The notes: a model not told the origin generated them from the letters alone. Counted from the first letter of the stretch, positions 1-13,460 are shown. The stretch: 64,000 bases of DNA from Kondoa subrosea (GCA_039545335.1 BCIN01000001.1:434001-498000); one strand, 5' to 3'. A program made the numbers and translations.

Positions 1-320
1 GCCTATCCAGGATCCCGAATGTTACAGATTCAGACGATTCCCTCTTGTTTGGCTTTGTCTCCTTCGAAGCTAAATTCTTGATCTCTAACGACGAGCTGCT
101 GTCTGCTCTGCTCAGTCGGAGAAGTCTTCACTTTCATTCTGTCTTCTATTCCGCGATTTAGCCTCGTCTCAGCACTGGTTGCGCTGCTGACGCGCTAAGC
201 TGTTCTGAGCCTCAGACTGCAGGCCAAGCTATTGTCTCGCAAGCTCATCCTTCGAGAGTCTAGCTCTTGATAATGCAACACTGCTCTTCTTTCATCTTTC
301 GACGCCTTTGCACTTCCAGA

Positions 321-2279
321 ATGAGCCGAACTGCCGAACTTCCTTATCCCGCTTCCAAGACTATTATCCTATGCCTCGACGGCACCTCGAACGAGTTCTC
401 TACTAAGAACACCAATGTCATCAAGATCTTTGATTGTTTAATCAAGGATGATCCAAGACAAAGGGTGCGCTTATGTCTTTGCTTGCTTGCCGTTGGCTTA
501 TCTCTTGGACTGACCACAGGTCTTTTACAACCGTGGAATAGGAAGTGAGTCCACCCTATCGAGGATACAACTCGAATTAACGAGATATGAATTTTCCAGC
601 TTACACCTCGCCTAATTTCTTCACGCCTGTTACTCGAAGGATCGCCAAGCTATTCGATCTTGCCTTTGCCTGGTATCTCAGCGTAACTTCAGTTCATACT
701 TTTGGTGCAGCATGTCCTGAATAGAATGGTTTAGGCACACGTTCAAGCGGCATATACTTTTTTGTAAATCCATGTCAAGCGCAATTCGTCTGTATCTGAC
801 TTTGTTTACGTCGTGTTCAAGAGTCAACAACTATGAGAATCCAGAAGATCGAATCATTCTTATTGGCTTCTCACGGTATGCCCTTCCATACTCCCTCGAG
901 CCGAATTTGGCGCTAATTCCTATCACCTCAGCGGCGCCTATACTGCTCGAGCGTTGGCTGGCATGTAGGTCTATCATTGCCTCATCAGATCGAAGCTTAT
1001 CATTCCAAACGCAGGGTGAATAAAGTGGGACTCATTCCGCCTGAGAATGCAGATCTCGTTACCTATGCTTGGCAGCTGGTACATGCTCTTACACTATGAA
1101 TGATAAAAAGACTGATATTAGAGGCAGTACCAATCAAACAATGACACTCTAGCAGCAGGTAATGCGGCGTTAATTTGTCCTTTTGCATTGCTTACAGCGT
1201 TTCTCAGACTTCAAAGCTGTTTCTTCGCGATCTGCCGTGATAAATCAAGTACTTGTCTTCGATACCGTCAATGCAGTGGGCGTCATCAGTATCAAGCACT
1301 TGCCCTTCACCGGTAGCAACCGTTTGTTCTCTCATGGTCCTGTCTCTTCTCCTTTGCTCACTATGAGTTGTAGACGCCATCAAGTATTTCCGTCATGCTA
1401 TATCTTTGGGAGAACGACGAGTCCGATACGCTCAGAATCCGTGGCAGACTGATCCAGCTGGACCTGAAAGAAACACACCAGATGTACCAAGTTCAAGATT
1501 GAACGATTTATTGAAGATGCAAGGTCGACCACCAGTTGACGTTCCGCATATCGATTTGCAGACCGATGTCAAAGAACTGTACTTCTTGTATGCCTTCTTT
1601 TTGAATCTTGTTCCTCCTTTAGCTGACGCTAGTCGCACAGAGGAGATCATTCAGATGTCGGCGGCAGTCATGAATTCGATACGGCCAAATATGATTTGAG
1701 TTCGATTCCGTTACGCTGGTTGATAGAAGAGATGATCAAGAACGCTCCACCTGATACTCTCCTACTCGATCCGATTACTTGTGAAAGTTATGGCATCCCT
1801 TATACAGACAGTAATGAATTGAAAAATCGAACGGAAGAAGGGAATTGGTTTGCTGAACAAGCCACCAAGGCTCCTTTACACGATGCGTTGACCGCTAAAG
1901 GTTTTCGAAAGTACTTGTGGTGGATCTTGGAGATTTGGCCGATGAAGAGGCAATATCAGCTTGCCAAAGTGTGTTTCCCTCTGTCACACAATCATACCTT
2001 GATTCGGCTAAATTCAAATGATGTAGCCTGTCGATGGAAAGATCTGGAAGACCACTTGGATTCCCAATTTCGGCAGGCGAAGGGTACGCTCCGTTACATT
2101 TGAGCATCAAAAGGATTGATCGCTGAGAAAACGCGTCGAACACAGATCTTACCAGACCCAGCATCTCTACATGCAAGTGTCAAGCTTAGGTTGGACACTG
2201 ATCCTCAATTCAGGGTGAATCAAGAGCGACATCAACCTCTAACGGTAAACTTAGCGGCCCCAGAGCTTGGTATTCGTAA
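321..2279 (+). CDS. DUF2235 / Tle1-like alpha/beta hydrolase domain protein (multi-exon)
   Basis: N-terminal ILCLDGTSNEF..NTNVIK. Spliced reconstruction gives FYNRGIGT, GFSRGAYTARALAG, VFDTVNAVG, FRHAISLGERR, G(D)HSDVGG and LSSIPLRWL. Stop TAA at 2277-2279. Confidence 0.9.
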
Positions 2280-2480
2280 AGGCTAATAATGCTTCTGATC
2301 AGAACGTCATTTTCAAGCAATAGGTGGCTACCTGTTAAGCTGTATAACTGTAATGCGGCTGTATATAACGGATGACTTCGCCATACTTTTGCTGCATTGA
2401 CCTCGGGGCACTTTTCGCGACTTTCTTTTGAGCACGAACCATTATCTGGACAAAGGCTGCAGTGATCGCTACGCTGCTTA

Positions 2481-3767
2481 TTGGAGACCACCAAATTGCA
2501 ATGGCGCGCACCTATTCCATCACAGGTAGCCTACAATTCACAGGCAGCGATCAAAATAGAGTCTTGCTCATTCCGCTCGTTCTTAGGCAGCATCCAGAAT
2601 ACTTCCTCTATCCAGAACGCCCATCGTCGTACAAGTAGTAAGGCCGCCAACACGCAAGGTGATCAGCAACCGCAAGTCAGAGCTAGCACATTCAAGTTTC
2701 CTGGTACTCCAGTTTTGGGCGGTGATTCTCCTCCTCTAGGACAGGAAGAGCACCAGCAATCACGTACTCTACAACCTGTCTATGAAGATGAAGCTTTTGT
2801 TCATGCAGCCAGTCAACAGAAACCCCTAAGCAAACACAGGTTATCGCCTTCTCTGCCTTATCCTCCCTTCTCGCCCAACCCACAAGACGCTCGTCAATCA
2901 CCAGCTTCCGCTTCTTTCCCTCAGTCCCTCTCTGCTTTAACTAGCCCACTCACTCGCGCTATTGCTCATCTCAAGAAATCACAGCCTGTCGACTTGGGCT
3001 TTGGCGTTATCTTTACTATTTCTCTAATCGTCTTCTTGCTAGCTTTAGCTGGTGTAGGCTATGTTCCACCGCCTGACAAGACTTCTATGCCTTTGTTGGT
3101 TCCTTCAAATCCACATTTCGCCCTTCCCGCTCCCGCTGCACCACCAATCTACGCTCAACAAGAAGCGCCTGCTCGAGTAGTAATGGAAAACAATGTAGCA
3201 AGAGGTGGAGTTGCACCTGTTCAGAAAGATGCAGCGCCTTTAGTCATTAAGAAAGATTCAGAAGCTGATAGTGGGAAACAGGAAGTACCAGCTTGGAAAC
3301 CTAATGTACCTGTCGGGCAAGAACAAGAACAGCAAGCCAACATCAAACCTGAAGATTATACTAAATTGGGAATGCGACCTGTTGCACAAGCTGGAGATGG
3401 ACGAAGAAGAAGACAAAGAGTTCCTGATGCAACGAATGAATTTGCTGCTGCTGAACAACAGCAGCAACAAAAAGAAGAGAGTTTAGAAGAAAGGATAGCG
3501 AAATTGGAGAAACAGTCTGATGGGGGGAAGAAAGAAATGGTTGGCGATTCACCAGCAGATCCATTACTCGATGATGAACATGCCGATCACTCACATCACG
3601 AAGATAGCGTCTACGATCGAGCGGCAGACGGCCCGGAACATCATGATCATTCACACATGAGAGAGAAACAGCAAGACGAAGAAGAAGACGAAGATATGCT
3701 ACTCAATGATGACGATGATTTGTTAGATTTGCACGATTTGTCCGAAGCAGAAATGGGAGACGAATGA
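2481..3767 (+). CDS. Hypothetical single-pass membrane protein with a Gln/Glu-rich, His/Asp-rich C-terminal tail (true start uncertain)
   Basis: 428-aa open frame with one hydrophobic helix (LGFGVIFTISLIVFLLALAGVGY) and an acidic/His tail. Confidence 0.7.
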   Translation: METTKLQWRAPIPSQVAYNSQAAIKIESCSFRSFLGSIQNTSSIQNAHRRTSSKAANTQGDQQPQVRASTFKFPGTPVLGGDSPPLGQEEHQQSRTLQPVYEDEAFVHAASQQKPLSKHRLSPSLPYPPFSPNPQDARQSPASASFPQSLSALTSPLTRAIAHLKKSQPVDLGFGVIFTISLIVFLLALAGVGYVPPPDKTSMPLLVPSNPHFALPAPAAPPIYAQQEAPARVVMENNVARGGVAPVQKDAAPLVIKKDSEADSGKQEVPAWKPNVPVGQEQEQQANIKPEDYTKLGMRPVAQAGDGRRRRQRVPDATNEFAAAEQQQQQKEESLEERIAKLEKQSDGGKKEMVGDSPADPLLDDEHADHSHHEDSVYDRAADGPEHHDHSHMREKQQDEEEDEDMLLNDDDDLLDLHDLSEAEMGDE

Positions 3768-4482
3768 ATGGGTGCGTTTGCACGCCAATTCCGTACCATA
3801 TGACTGACTTCTGTTTGGTCCTCGTGCAGGTCATAGCTTCCCTGTCGCTGTCGCAAATATACCTCAAGTACCTCTACCATCATGTCAGCACTAAATTATC
3901 AATACTCGTCACATGTCGTCAACTTCATCACTGTCGCTCTTTCTCTTTCTTTCTCTTTTCGCACTTCAATTCCCCTTCAAGTCGTTAGTCAGACTACCCG
4001 CTGGTCGAGTATTGTCAAAGCGGAAGTATGCAAAGCTAAGATCCGAAGATCAAGCCAAGATGCACAAAGCAATCTGGGCATAGGGGAAATCACCAGCTTT
4101 GCTTAGCAGTACTCTTGTACAGATATCAACCATCATACTTATGTAATACTTCAACACTACTTGTCATTCACCGCAAGCGATGCTGATTGCGATGCCGAAT
4201 TTCGAGCGGCTGATTATACTATGAGCCAAACATGCGGAGCGAGTCTTCTTCTCAAAAACCACGAAAGGATTATACCGGCCTTGCTCAAGACTGGATATAT
4301 CTTCACTGAGCTGCAGGCTGTAGCTCTTGTATAGCTCCTGTCTCAAGTCTTTCGGGATTTCTCAACGACTTGGCAAAACGCAATTCAGCCTTGAAACCAT
4401 CAGACAGTGAAGCACGATGAACAGGCTCCTGCATGCTGCTTTTAGCAAGAGATCAGATGTCTATCATTACACGGTTGGGAGC

Positions 4483-7400
4483 ATGCAAGAGACAGCTTAC
4501 AATCGAAATGTAAATCTTGCGAAGCACACCGGCGCTGGATCTATCGAGGAGGCACATCACGACCTGTTCAAAATCACTCCAGAGGTTGGTACTCTTGCTT
4601 CAGATGACTCCGTGGGCTTATCGCTTTGCACCACAGGTCACAGTGGTCCACCTTGCTTTCACACTTCTTTCCAGTGAGTTCAGCCTCAGATTGACAGGGA
4701 ATCCACTCATTGAGTATTGCCATTAGTCTTCACCGTCTTCTTCGGAATCTTCAGGTATTACTCTCTGTCACCAGAATGGAGCCATATAAACACTCTGCCT
4801 TTGATAGTGCTTTGATCAAAGAACGATTTTACGCAGGCGAAGCTATCATTGCAACTCTTGTCGGCATGTCAGTCTGCTACGATCTTCTGAGAGTGAGAGA
4901 TTCGTCTGATTCTGACTTTCCCCTTAGCGCAATTTCTGAATATGGAGCTGGCCTTTTCGCGCCGAATAGTTGGGGTGGAGGTGATGGCATTGATACAATC
5001 ACCCTTGAGATCTCACGCGTTGTGGTGAGCCATTGGACACATGATCTCTGCTGGCATGTTCATACTATTATGACCGCTTGCAGATCGCATTGGCTGTGTT
5101 CGCTATCGGCGTTGAATTACCTCGAGCATATATCAAGCGGCATTGGCGTACTATGGCTATCATGCTGGGTCCAACGTGAGTTCATATCCTCTCTAAGCCC
5201 AGAGGTTCCCTGATCGTCAGATTCGTCTAGCATGGTTTTCGGCTGGCTTATCTCTGGCGCCTTTGTCTACCTGTTGATTCCAGCACTCACCTTCTTGGAC
5301 GCTTTGGTCATTGCTGCCGTCAGTCTAGATCAAGTCCTTCCTCACATTCTATCTGAAACATGATATGTAGTGTTTAACACCTACTGATCCTATTCTGGCC
5401 GCTTCGGTCGTCGGGAAGGGCAAATACGCTCAAGAGCACGTTCCGTCGCATATTAGGCACATGCTACAAGCCGAATCAGGTGAGCATTACCGTCAGGATG
5501 TATAATTGACAGCTAATTGCTGCCTATTTATTTCATGATGTTAGGCGCTAACGATGGCGCTGCTTTTCCGCTTCTCTATCTAGCGATGTTCCTCCTCTTG
5601 AGGGAAGAAGTGGGAGTAGGGAATACTATTGGTTGGTGGATTCTGTTGGTCTGTTTGTATCAAATTGTGCTCGGAGCCTTTATTGGAGCTGCCGTGGGCG
5701 TTATTGCGAGAAAATTGCTCAAGTTCTCCAAGAGAAGGAGTCTGATTGACAGAGAAAGTATGGTTGCTATGTGAGTCGGAAGGTAGTCTATACTTTCATA
5801 CACTGATTTTGGACTAGGTATGTCGCCTTGGCTCTGTTCGTCACCAGTGCAACTACTCTTGCTGGGTCAGATGATTTGCTGGCTGTGAGTCATAAAGCTC
5901 TTGATAAGATATTGACCTGATACATTTAAAAGGCGTTTGCGTGCGGTACTGCCTTCGCATGGGATTCTTGGTTTCTAGAATCTATTGGTGAGCCCGATGT
6001 TTGTGATGGCTATCTGGATACTCATTTTCCCACAGAGGATTCGAATTTCTCATGTGAGAATAACTTGGCTTATCTATAAACGCTTGCTGAACACCAAGCT
6101 TCTTACAGCCATTCTCGATCTACTGGCCAATTGCAGTATCTTTGTCTACATCGGCGCAACAATACCTTTCGCTTCATTCAATGACATGTCGTTAACAATC
6201 ACCTGGTGGCGACTCGTGCTGCTCGCTATATGCATATTAGTCCTGCGTCGTCTTCCAGCTATCATCTTCTTGCATCGCTGGATTCCTGATATTCACTCAT
6301 TCAGAGAAGCCCTTTTCGTGGGTCATTTCGGTAAGTATTGATTTCCAGAATTCGTGGAAGCGCTAAATCTAGGACACAGGACCTATCGGAGTGGGAGCTC
6401 TCTTCATTTCTACACTCGCTGTCGAAAGGCTTCCGACACCAAATTTCCCGCCCCAGACGCATTTGGATTACCTTTCGCTGTCCATTGGACCAATCAATTA
6501 CTTCCTCATTCTATCCTCTATCCTGATCCATGGTCTCAGCATTCCGCTGTTCACTAACACCAAGAAGATCTCCAAACGCGTGCATTCCTTCTCTCGAACC
6601 TTCACGGCGAACAGCACTTCCAATGAGCCTAGCTGGCTATCTCGAGTCAAACGTGTCGGCGAAAAGGATGACGAAGAGAAAGCGACGCATGTCACTAATG
6701 ATCACAATGAAAAAGAGGGAATTATGGGTCGAGCAGACACAAATTCTGGGTCAAATGATGACACTGCTGTGGAGACACCTGAAGCGGTAGATGAGCATCC
6801 TCATGGAGATAGGTTGAGCACCGATGAGGATGATGAAAGGAATCAAGCTGAAGAAGTTTGGCAAGAAGGAGACGAGGTATGCTTCGCTCTTCTCACCCTG
6901 TTTTGTGCACGATCTGAGCCACGTGCGCGCTAGATTATAAGAGAAAATAGTCGAGGAGAACATATGACAATAGAGAAAATCCCTTCGAAAGCTGGATCTG
7001 TCAGCAGTGGAAAGGAAGGCAAGAAGAAAGCATCAAGCACACCTTCCCGCTCGAACGCTCCGTCACTTCAAGAAGGAGAGGCTACCGCGACTGCCAATGC
7101 TTCACCCTCTAAACATCCTCATCTCGCTAATCTTCGAGCTGCAATCAATAAAGAATTCGATCGACCTGCACCGACGCGATCTGAAAGCAGAACGAGAGAC
7201 GGAGATGTCAGCGATGATGGGACTGTAGATGAAGAAGACGCTCATCCAGATCAGCTTTATAAGAAGGACAAAAAGACGGGCAGAATGCGACCTCTGAGCA
7301 ATAAGGAAATGCAAGATGAAGAGCTGGATCGAGCAATTCGAAAAGAGAGGCATTACTGTACCAACGCAACTGAAAGTCAGTGGGAAGACGGGAATCAGAT

Positions 7401-7849
7401 TGTTATCGAGAGACAAAATGGCGAGACGATTACCATTCAGAAGAAGGCTCCAGATCCAAATGCAAGACCTGGTAGTAAGTGTTTGGAATACTGTCCACTT
7501 GCCTCTTGCTGATCATGTCGTTGCAGTGCTCTCGAGACTGTCCGGCAAAGTAGCCACCGTTGCACATCCTATAGCGGATCGCAAAGCTCGCCTCGCCTCG
7601 ACCGCCCAACAGGATGCTCCTCAAAAAGTACCGACCGCTGTGAATACGCCTTCTGTCTCGCAACCACAACGGCCTTCTACGACAGCGCAGCCCTCTTTCC
7701 GCCAACGGTTGTTTAATAGGGCTCCACCTAAATCAACGGCTGCACTTGAAAGCGGCATCGCGGAAGAGGAAGAATCAGCACCGACACAAGACTACTTTGG
7801 CGAACCTAGAGCCCTTCCGGATGGGCGAACTATTCGCTTTGCGCATTAG
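4483..7849 (+). CDS. NHA1: Plasma-membrane Na+(K+)/H+ antiporter, CPA1/Nha1 family
   Basis: IKERFYAGEA, TPTDPILAASVVGKGKYA, AESG|ANDGAAFP, DDLLAAFACG, LRRLP and GHFG|PIGVGA across exons, followed by a long hydrophilic C-tail. Start may be 4417 or 4483. Confidence 0.92.
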
Positions 7850-8013
7850 TAAACATCGTTTTATTTCTAGTATTTCTGTTAATATATGTAATAGTTTAGT
7901 TGCATTTTGCTGTAGCATAGTCTTCGGTGTGCTACTCTAGTGCTACTCTTGATCATGAGGTCCTGAGTAATTTTGAGCATTAGCTCCTTTCCTAAACCAC
8001 GAGATTCTCAGCG

Positions 8014-8628
8014 ATGGAAGGGATACCAGACATAGTGGTCCATTGGCTGTGGGTGAAGCCACTTGTCAGAGCCTGCGAGCCTTTCACCAAATTCAAACTC
8101 CTGCTGAATACGATTCGTCAATCATTCCTCGATAATGAAAGCTTGCTATCCATTCTCTCCGTCTATTCTTCCGATCTATCTGCGCCTCTTTCGCTGCAGG
8201 ATTCTGCTTGGCCACGGGAGAAGGAGAGACTACAGAAGTTTTTGATAGAAGCTTTTCCGATGGTAGAGCTGGACCGGACAACATCTGAAAAGTCTTCTGG
8301 ACACATATGGGGGCATGTCCCATTGAGTCAAAAGGACAAGCGGCCAAGTATAATTCTGGAGTTTACTATCGCAACGGCCTTCGAACAGGCAAAAGGTCCA
8401 ACCGAGATTACAAAAACTAGATTGATTGTTTGACAAGTCTTCTTACACGAACTTGCTCGCGCCTGTCAGCAATACTTCTCGGGCTCTGCAAAATCTCTGC
8501 TGCGTAGAAATATCTATCACATCTTCCAGATAAACTCAGACAGGGATAGCAATGTAGCTGGAGAAGGAGGCTATGAGGCAGAAGTATTTCATTTTGGTTA
8601 TATTCTGCATGCGGTTTGGTTACGATGA
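8014..8628 (+). pseudogene. Probable pseudogene of a fungal HExxH...GEGG..E..FG (zincin-like) family protein
   Basis: ORF 8014-8433 stops at TGA, but the same frame continues QVFLHELARA...VAGEGGYEAEVFHFG to a second TGA at 8626-8628. The HExxH motif reads HELAR. Confidence 0.55.
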
Positions 8629-9317
8629 TCAGCACAAGACTGTAATTCTGTCAAGTACTTGCTAGGTTTAGATGTGGACACAGGTGTACTTCATCTGCTA
8701 GGTATGCGGTCAACGATCTCCTGTAGTAGGCAGCTGATTTTCATCTGACATAGGACAGTACGAATGCCGCAGTTATGGCTTAGAAGCTATCTTACACAGC
8801 CGCAAAGCTCCATACAAACGCGACCTTTCTTCCTTACCTGTTTACGATCCTCAAGCGGCCTGCAACAGTATTTACACTTCGCCTCTACGATTCCTAGGGG
8901 ATGCGATATCAGAAGAGGACGAGATAGTCAAGACGAATATCCAAGCGAATCAAGGCCTTACTCAAGCCCCTTTCCCCTATCCTTACCAAACTCCAATTGA
9001 TTCGCTTCATCATTCTGCTGCCTCGCTTCTACATCGCTCGTCTTCGCCCTCTCAGGATAATAATTTAGAGGACTCGACTGATCAGACGAATCAGCAGCTG
9101 GAAGTCGTGATTTGTTTGACCGGAGGAGACAGCGGCGAAGACTGGGTAGCTTAAATTCATTAGCTTTATGAGATGAGTCTAGTTGGAGGTAGCTTGTATC
9201 AGTAATTGCTTCATCATGTTTTGTTCTCTTGTTCGTAGTACACCACTCGTTGTATAGCTGAACTCTGTCTGATTCTCCTACATTGTATCGACACGTCTTC
9301 TTCTTCCAGTCGGTAGT

Positions 9318-11369
9318 ATGAGCTTCGCCAGCTTGACCACTGGCATTCGCTTCAACAAGAAGAAAAATGCACCTGTTCAAGCTTTGTTCGAGCCTGCGCC
9401 TGTAGCTCCTGAATCAGATGGAGAAGATCTAGACACATATTTCGAGGCTGCTGGCCCATCCATGAACAAGCGAAGGAAACTGGATACTGCAGCAGCAGAA
9501 GATTCAAGCAGCAATTATAGTGATGCAGACGCTTTTCGGAAACTCTACAGAATAAAAGTCACTGGTACCAATGTACCTGATCCTGTTGCTTCCTTCATGG
9601 ATCTGGAAGATATGCACAAGTTTCCTGAAAGCATCAAATCCAACTTGAAATCGCTGGCTTTCAAAACTCCTACACCTATACAATGCCAGGCTGTTCCAAT
9701 TATGCTCCAGAACCGTGATCTTCTAGCTTGCGCTCCGACTGGATCAGGTAGGCTCGCATAATAGCTGGCATAGAGGTTAGCTTAGATGTTGCTTGACAAA
9801 GGCAAAACACTTGCTTTCCTCCTTCCGCTGCTTCTGCATCATCTTTCTGCGTCTACTTCAAAACAAGAGCAGACTACAGCTATCGTTCTAGAACCCACTC
9901 GCGAGCTAGCTGTCAGTCGTACTACCTTTGTAAGAATGTCACAAGCTGAATCTCGCAAGTAGAATCAAGTCTTTGCTCACGCTACAGCTTTAGCGCAAGG
10001 TACGAGCTGGAAAGTCACTTTACTGGGAGATAAGAAAGCGGCAAAAGGCGATGTAACTCCGAGTAAGCTTTTAATGTCCAGTCTCAATGTGTTCGCGGAG
10101 CTCACTTGAGATTAGATCTGATAATTACCACACCTCTACGACTTGTCTACGCTCTGAAGGAGGGTACTGTGTCAACGGAGAAGTAAGCCTGTTCAAATGC
10201 TTGCACGACAAGGTTTGACCATTTGTCTTAGTGTTGTAAATCTCATCTTGGACGAAGGCGACAAGTCAGTGCTCATTTCATCGTGTTCTGAAATCAGTTG
10301 ACCGTACTCGCAGACTCTTTGAGCTAGATTTCTTATCACAAACGGACGATGTTCTCAAAGCTTGTACTCATGCCGATTTACATAAATCTATCTTCTCGGC
10401 AACCTTCGCCAGTGGGATGGAAGAATGTATGTCTTTTTCTCTCCTCCTTTTTCTTCAATTGTGCGCTGATTTCAACTCGACAAGTCGCTAAAACGGTCAT
10501 GCAGAAAGATTTCATTCGAGTAATTGTTGGACAGAAAGATGCAGCTGCTTCATTGATTGAGCAACAACTCGTCTTTTGCGGCACGGAAGAAGGCAAATTA
10601 TCCACTTTACGAACTTTCATTCGATCTGGTAAATTACTTCCACCCGTCTTAGTCTTTGTGCAATCGGTAGAAAGAGCAAGCGATTTATGTAGACAATTGG
10701 AAGGGGAGAATGTTAGAGTTGATGTCATTCATTCGGAACGGACGCAAGCGGCTAGGGATAAAGCACTGCAAGGTTTTGCAAACGGGCAAGTTTGGGTTCT
10801 CATTTGTACGGATGTTCTTTCGAGAGGCATCGATTTCAAGCAAGTCAATGTGGTCATCAAGTGAGCTTCACTCGGTTTCCTCTTAGCTAAATGGCCACTG
10901 ACACCATGGACAAGCTATGATTTCCCTCAAGGTGCTGCTTCGTATATTCATCGAATCGGTAGAACGGGTCGCAATGGTCGTCGAGGTAGTGCGATTACGT
11001 ATTTTACAAGAGATGATGGCTCCCACCTTAAAAGCAGTAAGTACATGTGTTAGGATTTTTTCAGAACGTGCTGAAACGCTTTTACAGTCGTAAATATTAT
11101 GCGCAATTCGGGATGTGAAATCCCGGAATGGATGCTTGCCCTCAAGACTCCTTCTCAGCTTGCTAAACGTAAACTCAAGCAAAGACCAATTGAAAGACAA
11201 AAGGTCTCCAAGAGCAATTATCCTCTTATCAAGGACAGTAAAGGCAGTAAGAAGTGAGTTTGTTCATGCCATTCAATTGGCAGACAATGACTGCCGAACC
11301 AGGGGGAAGAAGTCAGGAAAGAAGAGCGCCAAAGGCAAGGCGGAACCGGCTGATCAGATGGAGGAGTAG
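9318..11369 (+). CDS. ROK1: DEAD-box RNA helicase Rok1/DDX52 (18S rRNA processing)
   Basis: N-terminal LTTGIRF, Q-motif [55 protein letters not shown] and HRIGRTGR. Confidence 0.93.
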
Positions 11370-11467
11370 CAACGATAAGATGGATGATGTATAACATCAA
11401 TTCGAGATGCCAATACATTAGATATCGATGCTAACATGCATATACACAAACCACTAAATCCCATTGT

Positions 11468-13460
11468 TCAAAAGACTGAACTGTCGTGGAAATGTCTAGC
11501 TTCATGTCTTGTTGTTGTTGCGTTGAAATGTCTGTGAGAGAGACGAAGGCAGCGGGACCCGTTCTTGCTCGCAACGAAGCCACTAGCGCACTTGAAGACG
11601 ATACATTTGCCGGCGCCTGACAATCACATTAGCTTCGGGCTTCAAGAATCATCACAAGAGTGACTCACTGCATCCCATACTTGTTGCATGAGGGATCATC
11701 GAACAATCTTGACCTTCTCCTAAGCTCGCGCAACCACCGCAGGATTCGAGAGTGGATTGAGTACTGATTAAACTTTGGTTAGCACCTGTTCAGATGGAGA
11801 GCGTGAAAATCTCACTCGATACATTCGTATCCACCTTTGGTTGGAGCGAATTTGATTCCTTCAGCAGTTTCTTTAGCCTGTTGCAGACTCTTGCTGCCTG
11901 CAATTGGGCAAGCGACTTCTCCGGAAGGGCAGTAGAAGTCTTTAACTGGCCCACGACGCTTCTTCTTGCCCTGAGGAACAGCTGAAGCGGTGCTAGCTTG
12001 ACATGAAAGACCATTCTTTTTGTAACCAGCATTGCAAGTGAAAGAGCAAGTAGAAATTGTTCCAGAAGTCGAGCATTTAGCGACTCCGTTCACGGGCTGA
12101 TAGCATTGATATCCTGGTGAGCCGCAATTATTGATGTCTGATGAGATAGAAATGCAATTGCCGCTTGAAGGATCGTAGGCATAGCCAGGTTTCCCGGATA
12201 AGACGCATGATCCAGATTGACAGCTTGAGATGCAGTTTGCTTTCGTGGTGGAGCAGGCATTGCATCCGGTACCGCAAACTTTGTTATTGTTTCTTACATC
12301 AACGCATGTAGTCGAAGATCCGACAAGGTTCAATAGAGAAAGAGCTGATTGCGTCAGACTGGAAGCCAAGACGTAGCCTGAGAACCATATCAACGCGAGT
12401 ACGAGATATAACAAAATGAAGGCAAGACCTACCATCGTTGCAAACAGTCTGGCAATCCAGCAGATTGCAGACACTTTGACCATTGGTGACGGTGGGGCAT
12501 GTTTGCTGAAACTATCATGCTAGTCAGCGATCTCTCGATTCAGTGCCGAGGCATAGCGTACTGGGAAGAAACCACATTTGGTAGCTTTGGTTGAGCAGGT
12601 GTTCGTTACGGGGTTGAAAACTCCGCCGTTGAGACATTGCGAGCCACAAATACCGAAGTTACAAGTTGCGGAGGTACCAGGATAGACGGGGCATTTGACT
12701 TGAGCTAGACCACAGCTATTGGTGGAAGTACTGATGACGCAATCGTTTGTCGCTGAATTGTAGACATATCCCTGCCAAACAAAGTCAGGTTGTGCACCAA
12801 GAGAAAACAAAAAGACAAGCTTACATCATTGCAGGTTCGGCCACACACACCTCCTTCACAAGTAGCCCTTCCGTTGGACAGTGGTCCAGTGCAAGCTTTG
12901 CCTTGGGTACCACAAGCTGCAGCGGTATTGGGAACGCAGGCTGAGGAAGAAGTGCTGAAGAAGGTGTAAGGGTGACAGTTAAGTTTGCAGAGGGAGTTTT
13001 CGCAAGTAGAAATACCAAGAAGATCGGTAGGGCAGATGTTCTGATAGCCACCGCTGTAAAAATAGATCAGTCATCGAAATCTAGGGACATAATAGCAGAC
13101 GCACCAATTGTTGACATCCGAAATAGTAGAAATGCATGATCTGGATACAGGATTCCAGCCTCTTCTTTTGTCAGTCGAGGATTCAAGAAATGTAAGAATA
13201 TGCGACTCACTTTGACCAGGCGGACAAGTCCCAATTGAAGTAGTAGTAACGCAACCAGTAAGGTCGCTCTTCATTTTGGTCCCCAGTTTGCAAGAGAACT
13301 GACAAGCGCCTGATAGACAAGTTGAAATAGACCAGATGTCTGGAGCAGTGCAATCTGAATCGCAAGTGCAGACTGCATAGGTTCTTTTGGTTGATTGAAT
13401 TCGAGCTGTAGTAGCTTGTAGCAGAGCAAGTGTGAAGATGAGCACGGATGTCTGATGCAT
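11468..13460 (-). CDS. Secreted Cys-rich repeat protein with C-terminal CPL1/PriA-like domain
   Basis: Signal peptide [14 protein letters not shown] and repeated SD(V/I)NNCG-type Cys modules. The spliced C-terminus reads [10 protein letters not shown]...[16 protein letters not shown]...GQDCS.IP.A....C..GKC.VFKC..GF. Confidence 0.85.

Noticed and set aside
321..2279. DUF2235 as a horizontally acquired T6SS effector
   Set aside because: The family is widespread in fungi, and the gene is intron-rich with ordinary composition.
10251..10262. DEGD instead of DEAD in Rok1
   Set aside because: The third position varies in the Rok1/DDX52 family and the other motifs are intact.
11812..13051. Hydrophobic, TM-like ORF starts in the ORF track
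   Set aside because: Out-of-frame read-ins of the spliced Cys-rich CPL1-like gene.
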